Source: an uncultured virus (IMG/VR IMGVR_UViG_3300021559_000009) (Duplodnaviria; Heunggongvirae; Uroviricota; Caudoviricetes). Taken from it: DNA of 64,000 nucleotides. A model generated the notes under the pieces. The model was not told the DNA's origin. It was given only the letters and a program-made list of their open reading frames with translations, and did no database searches. The DNA lies in the IMG/VR virus record IMGVR_UViG_3300021559_000009, positions 1 through 64,000 of that record. The stretch is one strand, 5' to 3'. Both the position numbers and the translations under genes were made by a program. This document shows positions 17,596 through 25,492 of the stretch, piece by piece; the first letter of the stretch is position 1, and every line of letters starts with the position of its first letter.

Positions 17596-18026
17596 ACTTT
17601 TTCGCACCACTTTGCATCAGCAAGCGCGTTGTGCTCGCTGCCATCTTGCTTATTGAACCGTGGATTTCCTAGGCTATCGGCAAGCTGTTTAACGTCACGA
17701 CAGTACTTGGGCCATCCTTTTGGAAGATCGATCATGCGCCCAAAAAGCTGGCATAGAACAACCCAATCGTAATCAGCGTAATAAGCCCAAATCTCTGGCT
17801 TCTCGCCCATGAACGCGATCAATTCCCGCGCAATTACGAAGCGGGATTTCTCAGGTCCAGACAAGTGAGGCAACACATTGTCGCGCAGCCAGTCCGTCGA
17901 GCACTTCTCGCGGGCAAAATCGGTTTCAGCGTAATAAGTGCGCCCATCCTCGGCAACCACGCCGATCGAGATGAGGTCGATGGTGCGACCATCCTCGTTA
18001 AATTCAGTATCGAACCAAAAACGCAT
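17574..18026 (-). CDS. DEDD 3'-5' exo(ribo)nuclease, Rv2179c/RNase AS-like
   Basis: FWFDTEF...LISIG...YYADYDWV...HNALADA. Confidence 0.85.
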   Translation of the reverse strand: MRFWFDTEFNEDGRTIDLISIGVVAEDGRTYYAETDFAREKCSTDWLRDNVLPHLSGPEKSRFVIARELIAFMGEKPEIWAYYADYDWVVLCQLFGRMIDLPKGWPKYCRDVKQLADSLGNPRFNKQDGSEHNALADAKWCEKVWRELMA

Positions 18027-18076
18027 GCTCTACTCCATCGCGATCCAAAAGAGAAGGCGGTTGATAGCACGGGGAG

Positions 18077-18095
18077 TGTAGTCAGTACAACTACA
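18077..18095. promoter_or_regulatory. palindromic operator copy 3
   Basis: TGTAGTCAGTACAACTACA upstream of the exonuclease/J-domain operon. Confidence 0.65.
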
Positions 18096-18431
18096 ATCTG
18101 AAAAAATTTTTTATGGTTTTTAGGATTTACGGTGGGGGGAATGCATGGGGAGGACAAAATCCTCACTCGGCAGAACCCATCGTGCCGTCGGTTGTAAAAA
18201 AGTGTTGTCTCGCGCGGTTGTTGCAACTCGATTTACCCTTGCAAGTAGAAAGCATCATGTTACCCGCAATTAGCGATTTCAGCGCGCCGAGCGCTCGCAG
18301 CCGTTTGATATCTCGTGATAGTTCGTGATAGTTGCAAAAGCTTCCTCAACAAAATCAAGCGGTTACAAGGCGCTTAGCTTTGCGGTACCTTCGCACAGTC
18401 TTGTAAGGCCGTAAAGAATTGACGCGGCATT

Positions 18432-18872
18432 ATGTCGCAAATTGGTCGAAAAAGCTCGCCAATGCGCCAGGCGCACGGTACGCGAATCACGATGCGACGA
18501 AATTTGATCACGGAAGCGCGAATCGAATGCGAGGAGTATGGTCCTAAAAACCTAGCTGACTGCGCTCCCGTGTGCCGTGCTAGACCTGCTTTCGAACAAG
18601 CCGTTATGTGTCTTGTGCCATGGACTAATTCACGTGCGCCTGGTCACCGCAAGTTTCCTGGTGTGCATCGTTGCTTGGTCGATCTATTCGCCGGCCGCGC
18701 CCAATACGGCGCTATTCAAGGGTGGCGCTTTGGGCGCCGCAATCCTCCCGATTGGGCGATCGACATGCTTGCGCAGCGCCTCGAAGACGAAGCCTCACAG
18801 CGCCTCGCCGCGGCCCGTCTGTTGCGCGAATCAAAAAAGCCGGCCCCAACCAGGACCGGCTTGAAAAAGTGA
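18432..18872 (+). CDS. hypothetical protein, possible C-terminal HTH
   Basis: AIQGWRFGRRNPPDWAIDML resembles an XRE recognition-helix region; start uncertain. Confidence 0.45.
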   Translation: MSQIGRKSSPMRQAHGTRITMRRNLITEARIECEEYGPKNLADCAPVCRARPAFEQAVMCLVPWTNSRAPGHRKFPGVHRCLVDLFAGRAQYGAIQGWRFGRRNPPDWAIDMLAQRLEDEASQRLAAARLLRESKKPAPTRTGLKK

Positions 18873-18883
18873 TAGGCGAGGCT
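18826..18883 (-). terminator. cassette terminator repeat, copy 1
   Basis: AAAAAAGCCGG-N13-CCGGCTTGAAAAAG; 58-bp unit repeated at 19239. Confidence 0.75.
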
Positions 18884-19168
18884 CTAATCAGCATCGAGCT
18901 CGTCACCGGTATCAGGATCTACATCATACAAATCCCTGATGTGCGCTCGCGCTTCGGCCAAGGTGTCAAATGGGCCACTCCAATCGGTGCAATCCATATA
19001 ACCGGGCGCAGACAAGCGGCACCAAAACTTACCGCGAACGTGCTCAATTTCGTCGCCCTCATCCAAATCAGCCGCATAGATCGGATGCGGGAACGATTCG
19101 CTTTCCCCGTTCTCATGCGTCACCACGTCAAATGGCTCGTTAGTGTAAAACGGAACCATAAAAGCCAT
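18884..19168 (-). CDS. early cassette gene, acidic hypothetical protein
   Basis: FWCRLSAPGYMDCTDWSGPF; GGGAGG SD. Confidence 0.75.
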   Translation of the reverse strand: MAFMVPFYTNEPFDVVTHENGESESFPHPIYAADLDEGDEIEHVRGKFWCRLSAPGYMDCTDWSGPFDTLAEARAHIRDLYDVDPDTGDELDAD

Positions 19169-19243
19169 GTAACCCTCCCATTAAGCGACACCACGTCGCC
19201 ACAGCCTCTTATGTACTCCCTAAATATCACCCTGTCAAGCGAA
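19166..19243 (-). promoter_or_regulatory. sigma70-like promoter plus leader hairpin plus SD repeat, copy A
   Basis: TTGACA-N17-TACATA, GCGAC/GTCGC hairpin, GGGAGGGTTACATG. Confidence 0.8.
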
Positions 19244-19296
19244 TCAAAAAAGCCGGCCCCGACTAGGACCGGCTTGAAAAAGTGACAGGCGAGGCT
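19239..19296 (-). terminator. cassette terminator repeat, copy 2
   Basis: Near-identical to 18826..18883. Confidence 0.75.
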
Positions 19297-19297
19297 G

Positions 19298-19465
19298 CTA
19301 CGAAGCTATTTCAGCCTCTTCACGCCACACTTTCGCCCATTCTGAATAAGGATAGCCCGGTTTATCCTTTTGAGCTTCACACCATTCAGCACGCCGCAAA
19401 CAAAGCTCTTTCGTACGGTGTTCTATGCCGCCTATTTGATAACCAAAATCAGATTGACGGTTCAT
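19298..19465 (-). CDS. early cassette gene (55 aa), not in the ORF track
   Basis: MNRQSDFGYQIGGIEHRTKELCLRRAEWCEAQKDKPGYPYSEWAKVWREEAEIAS; exactly fills the cassette. Confidence 0.7.
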   Translation of the reverse strand: MNRQSDFGYQIGGIEHRTKELCLRRAEWCEAQKDKPGYPYSEWAKVWREEAEIAS

Positions 19466-19540
19466 GTAACCCTCCCTTAAAGCGACACCACGTCGCCACA
19501 GCCTCTTATGTACTCCCTAAATATCACCCTGTCAAGCGAA
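19463..19540 (-). promoter_or_regulatory. promoter/leader/SD repeat, copy B
   Basis: 78-bp near-identical copy of 19166..19243. Confidence 0.8.
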
Positions 19541-19590
19541 GCCGCTATATATCACGCCCATGTCCTCCAATCGTAAGCCGCAATTCGAGA

Positions 19591-19785
19591 CTAGGTGCCC
19601 CACACGCCAATAAAATGCGAGACGTTCCCGTTTTCGATCCAAATCGCGACGCGCCCGAAGCTCGCCAGCATCCTTCCCGCCTTCTCCAGCGTGACCGCCA
19701 AGTTCCAGATGCAAACGTCTCGCGGACAAGGCAAGCGCGCGATCTCGAGTCCGTCACGCATGATTCGAAGCTTGTGCATGTTCAA
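19591..19785 (-). CDS. hypothetical early protein
   Basis: GGAGG SD; coupled to the upstream ORF. Confidence 0.5.
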   Translation of the reverse strand: MNMHKLRIMRDGLEIARLPCPRDVCIWNLAVTLEKAGRMLASFGRVAIWIENGNVSHFIGVWGT

Positions 19786-20027
19786 TCCTCCCCACCAAAA
19801 GACAATCGGTAAGCCGCAGCAACACCTTCACGGTTGGCGCCAGCCTTAACCATGGCCAAGGCCGCCGCTTTCGCATAGATTTTGTTTTTTCGAGCTATAC
19901 GATTCAAGATACCCATGTAAGCGCCGTAGTGGTGCTTAGTAGCAGCCGGCGCAGCTTCAAGCGCCGCAATCGCCGGCCGTAAATCGTTGGCCAGTTCAGC
20001 GATTAACTTGGTGATTTCCGCATCCAT
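19782..20027 (-). CDS. hypothetical early protein
   Basis: Preceded by the same TTTAAGGGAGGGTTAC SD element. Confidence 0.7.
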   Translation of the reverse strand: MDAEITKLIAELANDLRPAIAALEAAPAATKHHYGAYMGILNRIARKNKIYAKAAALAMVKAGANREGVAAAYRLSFGGED

Positions 20028-20101
20028 GTCGTAACCCTCCCTTAAAAAGCCGGCCGCACGTCGCGACCGGCTTGTTATATATGCGGACCATGCCACCCTC
20101 C

Positions 20102-20593
20102 TCACAACCACTTGTGCTTAAGCGCGTAACCAGCGCCACCAAACCACTCGCGACCGGGCTTAGTCCAATCGGGTGGCTCCTTCTTGCCCCCTTGGTGCCA
20201 ATAGAACTTATCCGCCTCATAGATAGCCTTGCGAAGCGCATTAGCAGCCTCGCCAGTGCCCTCCGACGCCTCTTTGCCCCACAGCGCATAGCCGAGCGAA
20301 TGAACAATGTGGAAGCCCATATCCATCCCGCAACCGCCGACCACAAGCCCATCGCGCTTGGCCCGCCGATAACCGAGCACAAGCCCAGCCGCATGGTTAG
20401 GATGGAGATCGATCGGCCTATCGTTCTCGCACTTGAGCACCACAAGGCGAATATGCCGGCACATGCCCGACCGCGACACGTGGTCAAGGATCGTGTGCAC
20501 CGTGTCTCCAGGCTTAAGCCATTTGCGCAACAACTCGCGCGCCTCTGTAACTTCCGGCTTCTCTTTCTTGCTTCTATTCGGATGATTTAGCAT
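20102..20593 (-). CDS. conserved-type phage early protein
   Basis: MLNHPNRS N-terminus; LKPGDTVHTILDHVSRSGM...VGGCGMDMGFHIVHSLG. Confidence 0.75.
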   Translation of the reverse strand: MLNHPNRSKKEKPEVTEARELLRKWLKPGDTVHTILDHVSRSGMCRHIRLVVLKCENDRPIDLHPNHAAGLVLGYRRAKRDGLVVGGCGMDMGFHIVHSLGYALWGKEASEGTGEAANALRKAIYEADKFYWHQGGKKEPPDWTKPGREWFGGAGYALKHKWL

Positions 20594-20654
20594 CTAAAAC
20601 ACTCCGCCCCTGCTGAGCCCTTGTCGAAGGATTGGCCGCGAGGCGCCGGCACGC

Positions 20655-20687
20655 TCTTTATGTACTCCCTAAATTATTGGGTGTCAA
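20655..20687 (-). promoter_or_regulatory. third copy of the early promoter core
   Basis: TTGACAcccaataatTTAGGGAGTACATAA. Confidence 0.7.
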
Positions 20688-20847
20688 CTCCGTCCTCAAA
20701 AATTTCAACCCGTATTGAGTCTCTTTCATCTAACGTCTTGATCCAATTAACGATTTTTTCCGCCGCTTGACGCGTATTAGTCCGGACCGTCTTTAGATGA
20801 TAACGCGTTCTTCCACTCCAGATTCTAATCACGACTACGTAGCGCAT
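20674..20847 (-). CDS. small hypothetical protein (57 aa)
   Basis: MRYVVVIRIWSGRTRYHLK...; GGAGAG SD. Confidence 0.45.
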   Translation of the reverse strand: MRYVVVIRIWSGRTRYHLKTVRTNTRQAAEKIVNWIKTLDERDSIRVEIFEDGVDTQ

Positions 20848-20859
20848 TTACTCTCTCCA

Positions 20860-21138
20860 CTTTTTGTTGCACCTGTTTTGGGTGTGTGGCGCCCCCATGT
20901 TGCACCTGTTCTTTAATGATTTCAACGCTGTGGCACCTGTTGCACGTTCTACCATAGAGCCCTTATAGAATCTTATATAATATGTAGTATATAATTATGT
21001 ACTCTATAAATATATATCTCTATATTCCATTACATTATTATAGAAAAGGCAAAACAGGTGAAACAGGTGCCACAACGATGAAATCACTACCGAATTTCTG
21101 TTGCACCTCCCCCATGGTACCCGCAACACCCGCAACAC
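20860..21138. other. probable replication origin
   Basis: Very AT-rich core (about 20960-21045) flanked by 29-bp imperfect inverted repeats (20917-20945 and 21058-21086) and TGTKGCACCTGTT iterons; directly downstream of the primase/helicase gene. Confidence 0.7.
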
Positions 21139-23430
21139 TTACGCCTTTTTAGTGTAGCCTCTAGGGGTTCCGCCCGCAAATCTGATGGTTTTTGGTCCAT
21201 CCCACCCTAAACGCCGCAAGCTATACGCCAAACGCTTCGCTATCGTGTCCGTTTGCTCTCGCGCGCCCAATTTCAAACATTCGCTTAAGATATCCTTGGT
21301 TGGCACTCTCCATTCGCCCCCTCCATCGCCCGCTTGTTCAAGTTTTACTGAGTAGTGTTTTTCAAGTTCCGCCAAGGCGTCGTCCCATGGGTCGCGGTCA
21401 AGGCGTTCCCCTTGGAGCGCTCTTGCCTCTGCCCACAATGCTCGCGGCAATTCGAGCGTTATCCCTTGCTCCTCGATCGCGCTCGCCTCCGCCCACAGCT
21501 GGTCGCGATCGCGCCGTAGCGCCTCCAAATCGATTCGCCCGCAACGTATCGGCCAAAACCGCCGATTGCCCGTCTGCGATTGCAGATAAGTTTCGTTGTT
21601 CGTGGTCCCGAAAAATATGCAGCGCCTTGGCTGATCAACGCGCCGCCGCCCGTAGGCCGGCCGCGCCCTGTCATGCGTGCGGCTAGCGAACGCTTTCATG
21701 CGCTCGACTTCCCACCGCTTATGGCCCGCCAGGTCCGCGATTTCGTAGAGCCACACCCCGCTTACCGCCTCCTGTTCCCGCTGGTCGCCAAGCCCGAGCA
21801 GCGTCTGGTCCGAAAACCACTCGCCGGCGAGTAGGCGCACCGCCGAGCTTTTGAGTGTGCCCTCCGGTCCCTCCAGAACCGTGATCTGGTCGAACTTGCA
21901 GCCGGGCTCGCGGGCCCGCCGGACCGCGGCAACCAGCACAAGCGTCCCGACCACCTGGTTGAACGCCGTGCCGGCCGCCCCCAGGTAGGCGCTCAGCCAC
22001 CCCGCCAGCCTCGCCCGGCGGTCCCAGGCGAGCGAATCGAGATAGTCGAGCACCGGATCACGGCTCGCGGCCAGGCACTCCTGTACGGCCGCGTCATGTG
22101 TAGAAATCGTGCCAGGGTCGAAACGGTACGTCTGTTCAATCGCAACGCGCAGGATATGCACTGCGTTGTCCGTGAGTTCCCCTGACCAGTTGTCCACAAC
22201 TTGCCCCCCGAGCGTGCACCGGTCCCGAAAAGCGTCGTGGCGGCACTCGATCCCGAGCCCCCGAATCGCCAGGCGCGCATTGCGGCACGTCGCCAATGGT
22301 TTACCGGCTTTGTTGGTATCGGGAAATGCAATGCGAGGCGTGCTTGAGAAAATAGGCGCAGGCAACGCCGCAACGCCATTGACTTTACTGTGGTTTACGT
22401 TGTTAGTGTCCGGCGTAAAATTTTCCGTCCATCCCCACCGCTTGGCCTCCGCGCAGATGAAAGCCACGGTCACCCGCAACCCTGTGTAGTTCTTGTTTTG
22501 GAACCCTTGCCACCGCTTCGCAAGGTCCGCTCGTCCCCGGTACTCCCCGTTGCCCGCGCCTTTACCCTGACTGGTTCGTGACCACGCGTCCCACAACTCG
22601 AATCCCACATCCTGCCCGTCCTGAGTGCTGGTCGAAGGATGGTTCCAGCGGAGATCGCACAGCGCTGCACCGATCTTGAACCATGTTTCTCCGTCAATGT
22701 CGGCCGGCACAGCCGCGAGCATCGAGCGCAAGCGCGTCTCCGCCTCGGGTGACCACGGTTGAGCCTCCGCCTCCTGAAGCGCTCTCATTGCCCGCTGAGC
22801 GGTCGTGGCGGCCCCACCTGCCACTGCCCGCAGGTGGGGCCCGTTGGTAGGGGTTGAAGTTCTTTCAGCTGGCACCACCCCCTTTCCTCTCGATCGCACC
22901 CATGGCCCGACCCACGCTGGCACCGCTACCACTGGTGAGTCCACAACAATTGTGTAGATAGTACCGTTCTCGTGGACGCACCCCGGCGCCAGCACGTAGC
23001 CGGTACTGCCGCGAACGTCCAAGTGCTCGCCCTTGACTTGGCTCGATGGTACTCCTGAGCCCGTCGAAGGGGCCGCGTAGTAAAGATGAAATCCCCCTGG
23101 CCGCCCCGTCTTGACGGTCAATGTGCGCGGCACAAACGTGCCGCACTTTTCCAAATCTTTCCGTGTTTCCGAGAGTTTCCGTAGCAGTGCTTGCCCCTCC
23201 GGACCGTCGAGGTCGAGCACCACCAAGCCTGAAGGCCCGGTCGCTATTCCGCAATTGGCGTCGGGCGCCGCTCGCCCCCATGCCTCCACCTGCGCGCGGT
23301 CGAGCGTCGCATCCTTGAACCCGCGGCTGCCTTTGAACGGCAGCTTGGAGCGCGGCTGCAATGGAAAAACCCACCACCCGCGGGCGAGACATGGCAGGGC
23401 AATTTCAAGAAATCGTGGCTGGTCTGGCAT
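21139..23430 (-). CDS. bifunctional primase-polymerase + PriCT-2 + VirE/VapE-type P-loop helicase
   Basis: GWWVFPL...NCGIATG...VVLDLDG...TGRPGGFHLYY...LDVRG; WFKIGAAL...WDAWS; REPGCKFD, GPEGTLKSS, RPAYGR, GTTN, TGNRRFWP. Start set at MPDQ because of an AAGGGG SD. Confidence 0.9.
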   Translation of the reverse strand: MPDQPRFLEIALPCLARGWWVFPLQPRSKLPFKGSRGFKDATLDRAQVEAWGRAAPDANCGIATGPSGLVVLDLDGPEGQALLRKLSETRKDLEKCGTFVPRTLTVKTGRPGGFHLYYAAPSTGSGVPSSQVKGEHLDVRGSTGYVLAPGCVHENGTIYTIVVDSPVVAVPAWVGPWVRSRGKGVVPAERTSTPTNGPHLRAVAGGAATTAQRAMRALQEAEAQPWSPEAETRLRSMLAAVPADIDGETWFKIGAALCDLRWNHPSTSTQDGQDVGFELWDAWSRTSQGKGAGNGEYRGRADLAKRWQGFQNKNYTGLRVTVAFICAEAKRWGWTENFTPDTNNVNHSKVNGVAALPAPIFSSTPRIAFPDTNKAGKPLATCRNARLAIRGLGIECRHDAFRDRCTLGGQVVDNWSGELTDNAVHILRVAIEQTYRFDPGTISTHDAAVQECLAASRDPVLDYLDSLAWDRRARLAGWLSAYLGAAGTAFNQVVGTLVLVAAVRRAREPGCKFDQITVLEGPEGTLKSSAVRLLAGEWFSDQTLLGLGDQREQEAVSGVWLYEIADLAGHKRWEVERMKAFASRTHDRARPAYGRRRVDQPRRCIFFGTTNNETYLQSQTGNRRFWPIRCGRIDLEALRRDRDQLWAEASAIEEQGITLELPRALWAEARALQGERLDRDPWDDALAELEKHYSVKLEQAGDGGGEWRVPTKDILSECLKLGAREQTDTIAKRLAYSLRRLGWDGPKTIRFAGGTPRGYTKKA

Positions 23431-23503
23431 CCCCTTGCGCGCCTCTGCGGCTTCTGCTACGCAAGGTTCCGGTGCAATCCTCCCAGGACGTACCACCTTG
23501 CCT

Positions 23504-23547
23504 AAAGGCCCCACCGCATAGCCGCGCCGGTGGGGCCTTTTCTTTTT
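23504..23547 (+). terminator. 13-bp stem terminator, T-tract on the plus strand
   Basis: AAAGGCCCCACCG-N11-CGGTGGGGCCTTT followed by TCTTTTT. Confidence 0.7.
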
Positions 23548-23632
23548 GCGATGGTGCACCCTCGCCGCAATATCGTCAACATGTGACGCCGCGCAATTTT
23601 ATTGCTTTTTAGTGAGAGCAGCGCGCGGGGAA

Positions 23633-23691
23633 TTGACTTGCTACGGGCGTTTAGCGTACTAGCTAAATGTACTCAATGGGAGGGCTTCATG
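23633..23691 (+). promoter_or_regulatory. rightward promoter/SD repeat, copy 1
   Basis: TTGACTTGCTA...GTACTAGCTAAATGTACTCAATGGGAGGG...ATG. Confidence 0.7.
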
Positions 23692-23913
23692 AGGCGCATT
23701 CTTTGTCTTTTTGGGATTCATCGGCTAGGTCCGCCGGACTGGACGTTTACGAGCATGGACTCGTATCGCTGGTATCGCGAGTGTAAAATATGCCGATGCA
23801 CGAAGCACATAGAATCTTTGGGTAGTCCTCCGAGCCGTTTTGTGGATGGCCGTGAGGAATACCGTCCTGAGTTGCGAACAACAAGTCAAATAAAAGCCGG
23901 TGTGAGGGCTTGA
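23689..23913 (+). CDS. small Cys-containing protein (DUF1660-like LCxxFGxH...CxxC)
   Basis: MRRILCLFGIHR...RECKICRC. Confidence 0.6.
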   Translation: MRRILCLFGIHRLGPPDWTFTSMDSYRWYRECKICRCTKHIESLGSPPSRFVDGREEYRPELRTTSQIKAGVRA

Positions 23914-23969
23914 CTTGCTAAAGCGCGCTAGTGTACTAGCTAAATGTACTCAATGGGAGGGTTCGCATG
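23910..23969 (+). promoter_or_regulatory. rightward promoter/SD repeat, copy 2
   Basis: Same element as at 23633. Confidence 0.7.
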
Positions 23970-24194
23970 AGCCAATATCTACACGTCCGCGCCCAGTTTA
24001 CCTGCGTGTGCTGCGGTGGCGGCAAGGACAGGGAATTGCTTCTTTGCTGGCCCTGTCACCACAAGCAGAAACGACAGAACGAAGGCGGCTACTCGCATCG
24101 CGTTGAGTCGCTGCTCGCTTCGCTCGAGACGCGCTTGCGGCGGCAGACGAATAGTGCGCTGCCCGCAGTCTCGCGTGCTTCGCACTATTCGTAA
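23967..24194 (+). CDS. small zinc-finger protein
   Basis: CVCC...CWPC; SD lies in the repeat. Confidence 0.6.
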   Translation: MSQYLHVRAQFTCVCCGGGKDRELLLCWPCHHKQKRQNEGGYSHRVESLLASLETRLRRQTNSALPAVSRASHYS

Positions 24195-24205
24195 ATGGAA
24201 GCCGC

Positions 24206-24460
24206 GTGACCGAGCACGAGCAGGCAAAACAGTGGCGCGAGCGCCGCGGGCTCTCCAAGGCCCGCCTCGCCGAGCTGACCGGCTACTCCTACGAGTCGAT
24301 TCACCACTTCGAGAAAGGGCTCACGCCGCCGCGAACGTGGCGGTCACGGACGGCCGCCAAGGTGAAACAGCGGGTAATCGACCCTTACGTGTGGCACAGA
24401 TATAAGACTTGCTGCGCGGGGGTGGAGGCGAAGCTGGGTGGAACTGAGTTTAATTGGTAG
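24206..24460 (+). CDS. XRE-family HTH regulator
   Basis: KQWRERRGLSKARLAELTGYSYESIHHFEKG. Confidence 0.85.
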   Translation: MTEHEQAKQWRERRGLSKARLAELTGYSYESIHHFEKGLTPPRTWRSRTAAKVKQRVIDPYVWHRYKTCCAGVEAKLGGTEFNW

Positions 24461-24659
24461 GGAGGAATGTGATGCTTTGGATGGCCGTTTATTATCACAT
24501 TGACACTCACAAAGCTGCGGATATTCCGCCGGTCACAAACCTCTCAAGAGAGGAATGCGACGCGCTTCGAACAAGCTCGGAGCTCTGGAAAAACAGCCTT
24601 TACCTAGTTTGCAAACCTCAGCAATCGCTGATCAAGACAGATAGAGGGGAGGATTTTCA

Positions 24660-24839
24660 ATGGTAAAAATAAGGGTTTGTTGGGATGAGCGCTATCCTGA
24701 CTACATGATTGGGTCAGATACAGATACTAGTGGCGCGGAAATCGAGGTCACCGACGAAGAATTGGCGTTTATAAAACAAGCTGTCGAGTTATACGAAAGA
24801 GCACAAAATATTTTAGCGCGGGCAGAGGAGCAGCCATGA
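24660..24839 (+). CDS. hypothetical protein
   Basis: MVKIRVCWDERYPDY...; GGAGG SD. Confidence 0.5.
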   Translation: MVKIRVCWDERYPDYMIGSDTDTSGAEIEVTDEELAFIKQAVELYERAQNILARAEEQP

Positions 24840-25162
24840 CCCATTGGCTCCTCTCTCACTTGCTTGCCGCCCTCGCCGCGGGACTGCTCGCCCACGTCAT
24901 CGTCTCACTTGCGCCGGAGGAGAAACCGTGAGCTTCATCGACATGCCTAGCGACACCCTGGAAATCGTGATCGACGCGAGCGGCACCAAGGTTTGGATCA
25001 ATGATAGCAAGGGGCAGTGCGTGGCGCGCTGGTATCGCATTAAAAACCTCGTTCTCAAAGACGAGAGAGATAGGCGATGAACTTCGCACGCGGAATCGTT
25101 ATCGCTCTTCTCATCGAAGCGGAAGCTGTCATCCTCGTCGCTCTCGTTTGGCATTGGTTCGG

Positions 25163-25492
25163 ATGAAAAACTCTCCCAACGGCTACGTCCGCACCAGGCA
25201 GTTCTGGCACACGCGCGTCATGTGTCCCCACTGCCAGCAGCCGATGCCCGAGATGCGTCTGGGCGTACGCTTCCCGCCCCTCAAGGCGGCGATCTTCGAT
25301 CTGATAAAGCTTACGGGCGATCACGGCATGACGCAGCAAGAGATACAAGACTCGTTCGAGCTGAGCTCGCTCTACACGGTGCGTGCGCACGTCTGGGGCA
25401 TCAACGAGCTGATCGAGGACACGGGCTGGAGGATCAGGGGCGGCACGAAGCATGCGCCGGGGTATAAGCTGATTAGAGTCGATCCGCGATGA
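25163..25492 (+). CDS. zinc-ribbon plus winged-helix protein
   Basis: CPHCQQ...TVRAHVWGINELI...GYKL, resembling an OmpR-type C-terminal wHTH. Confidence 0.6.
   Translation: MKNSPNGYVRTRQFWHTRVMCPHCQQPMPEMRLGVRFPPLKAAIFDLIKLTGDHGMTQQEIQDSFELSSLYTVRAHVWGINELIEDTGWRIRGGTKHAPGYKLIRVDPR

Noticed and set aside
18826..19540. CRISPR array
   Set aside because: Repeats are 58-78 bp, occur in only two copies, contain promoter/terminator elements, and flank whole ORFs rather than spacers.
23431..23559. N-terminal extension of the primase (MHHRKKKR...)
   Set aside because: It runs through a terminator hairpin, and a better SD precedes MPDQ at 23430.
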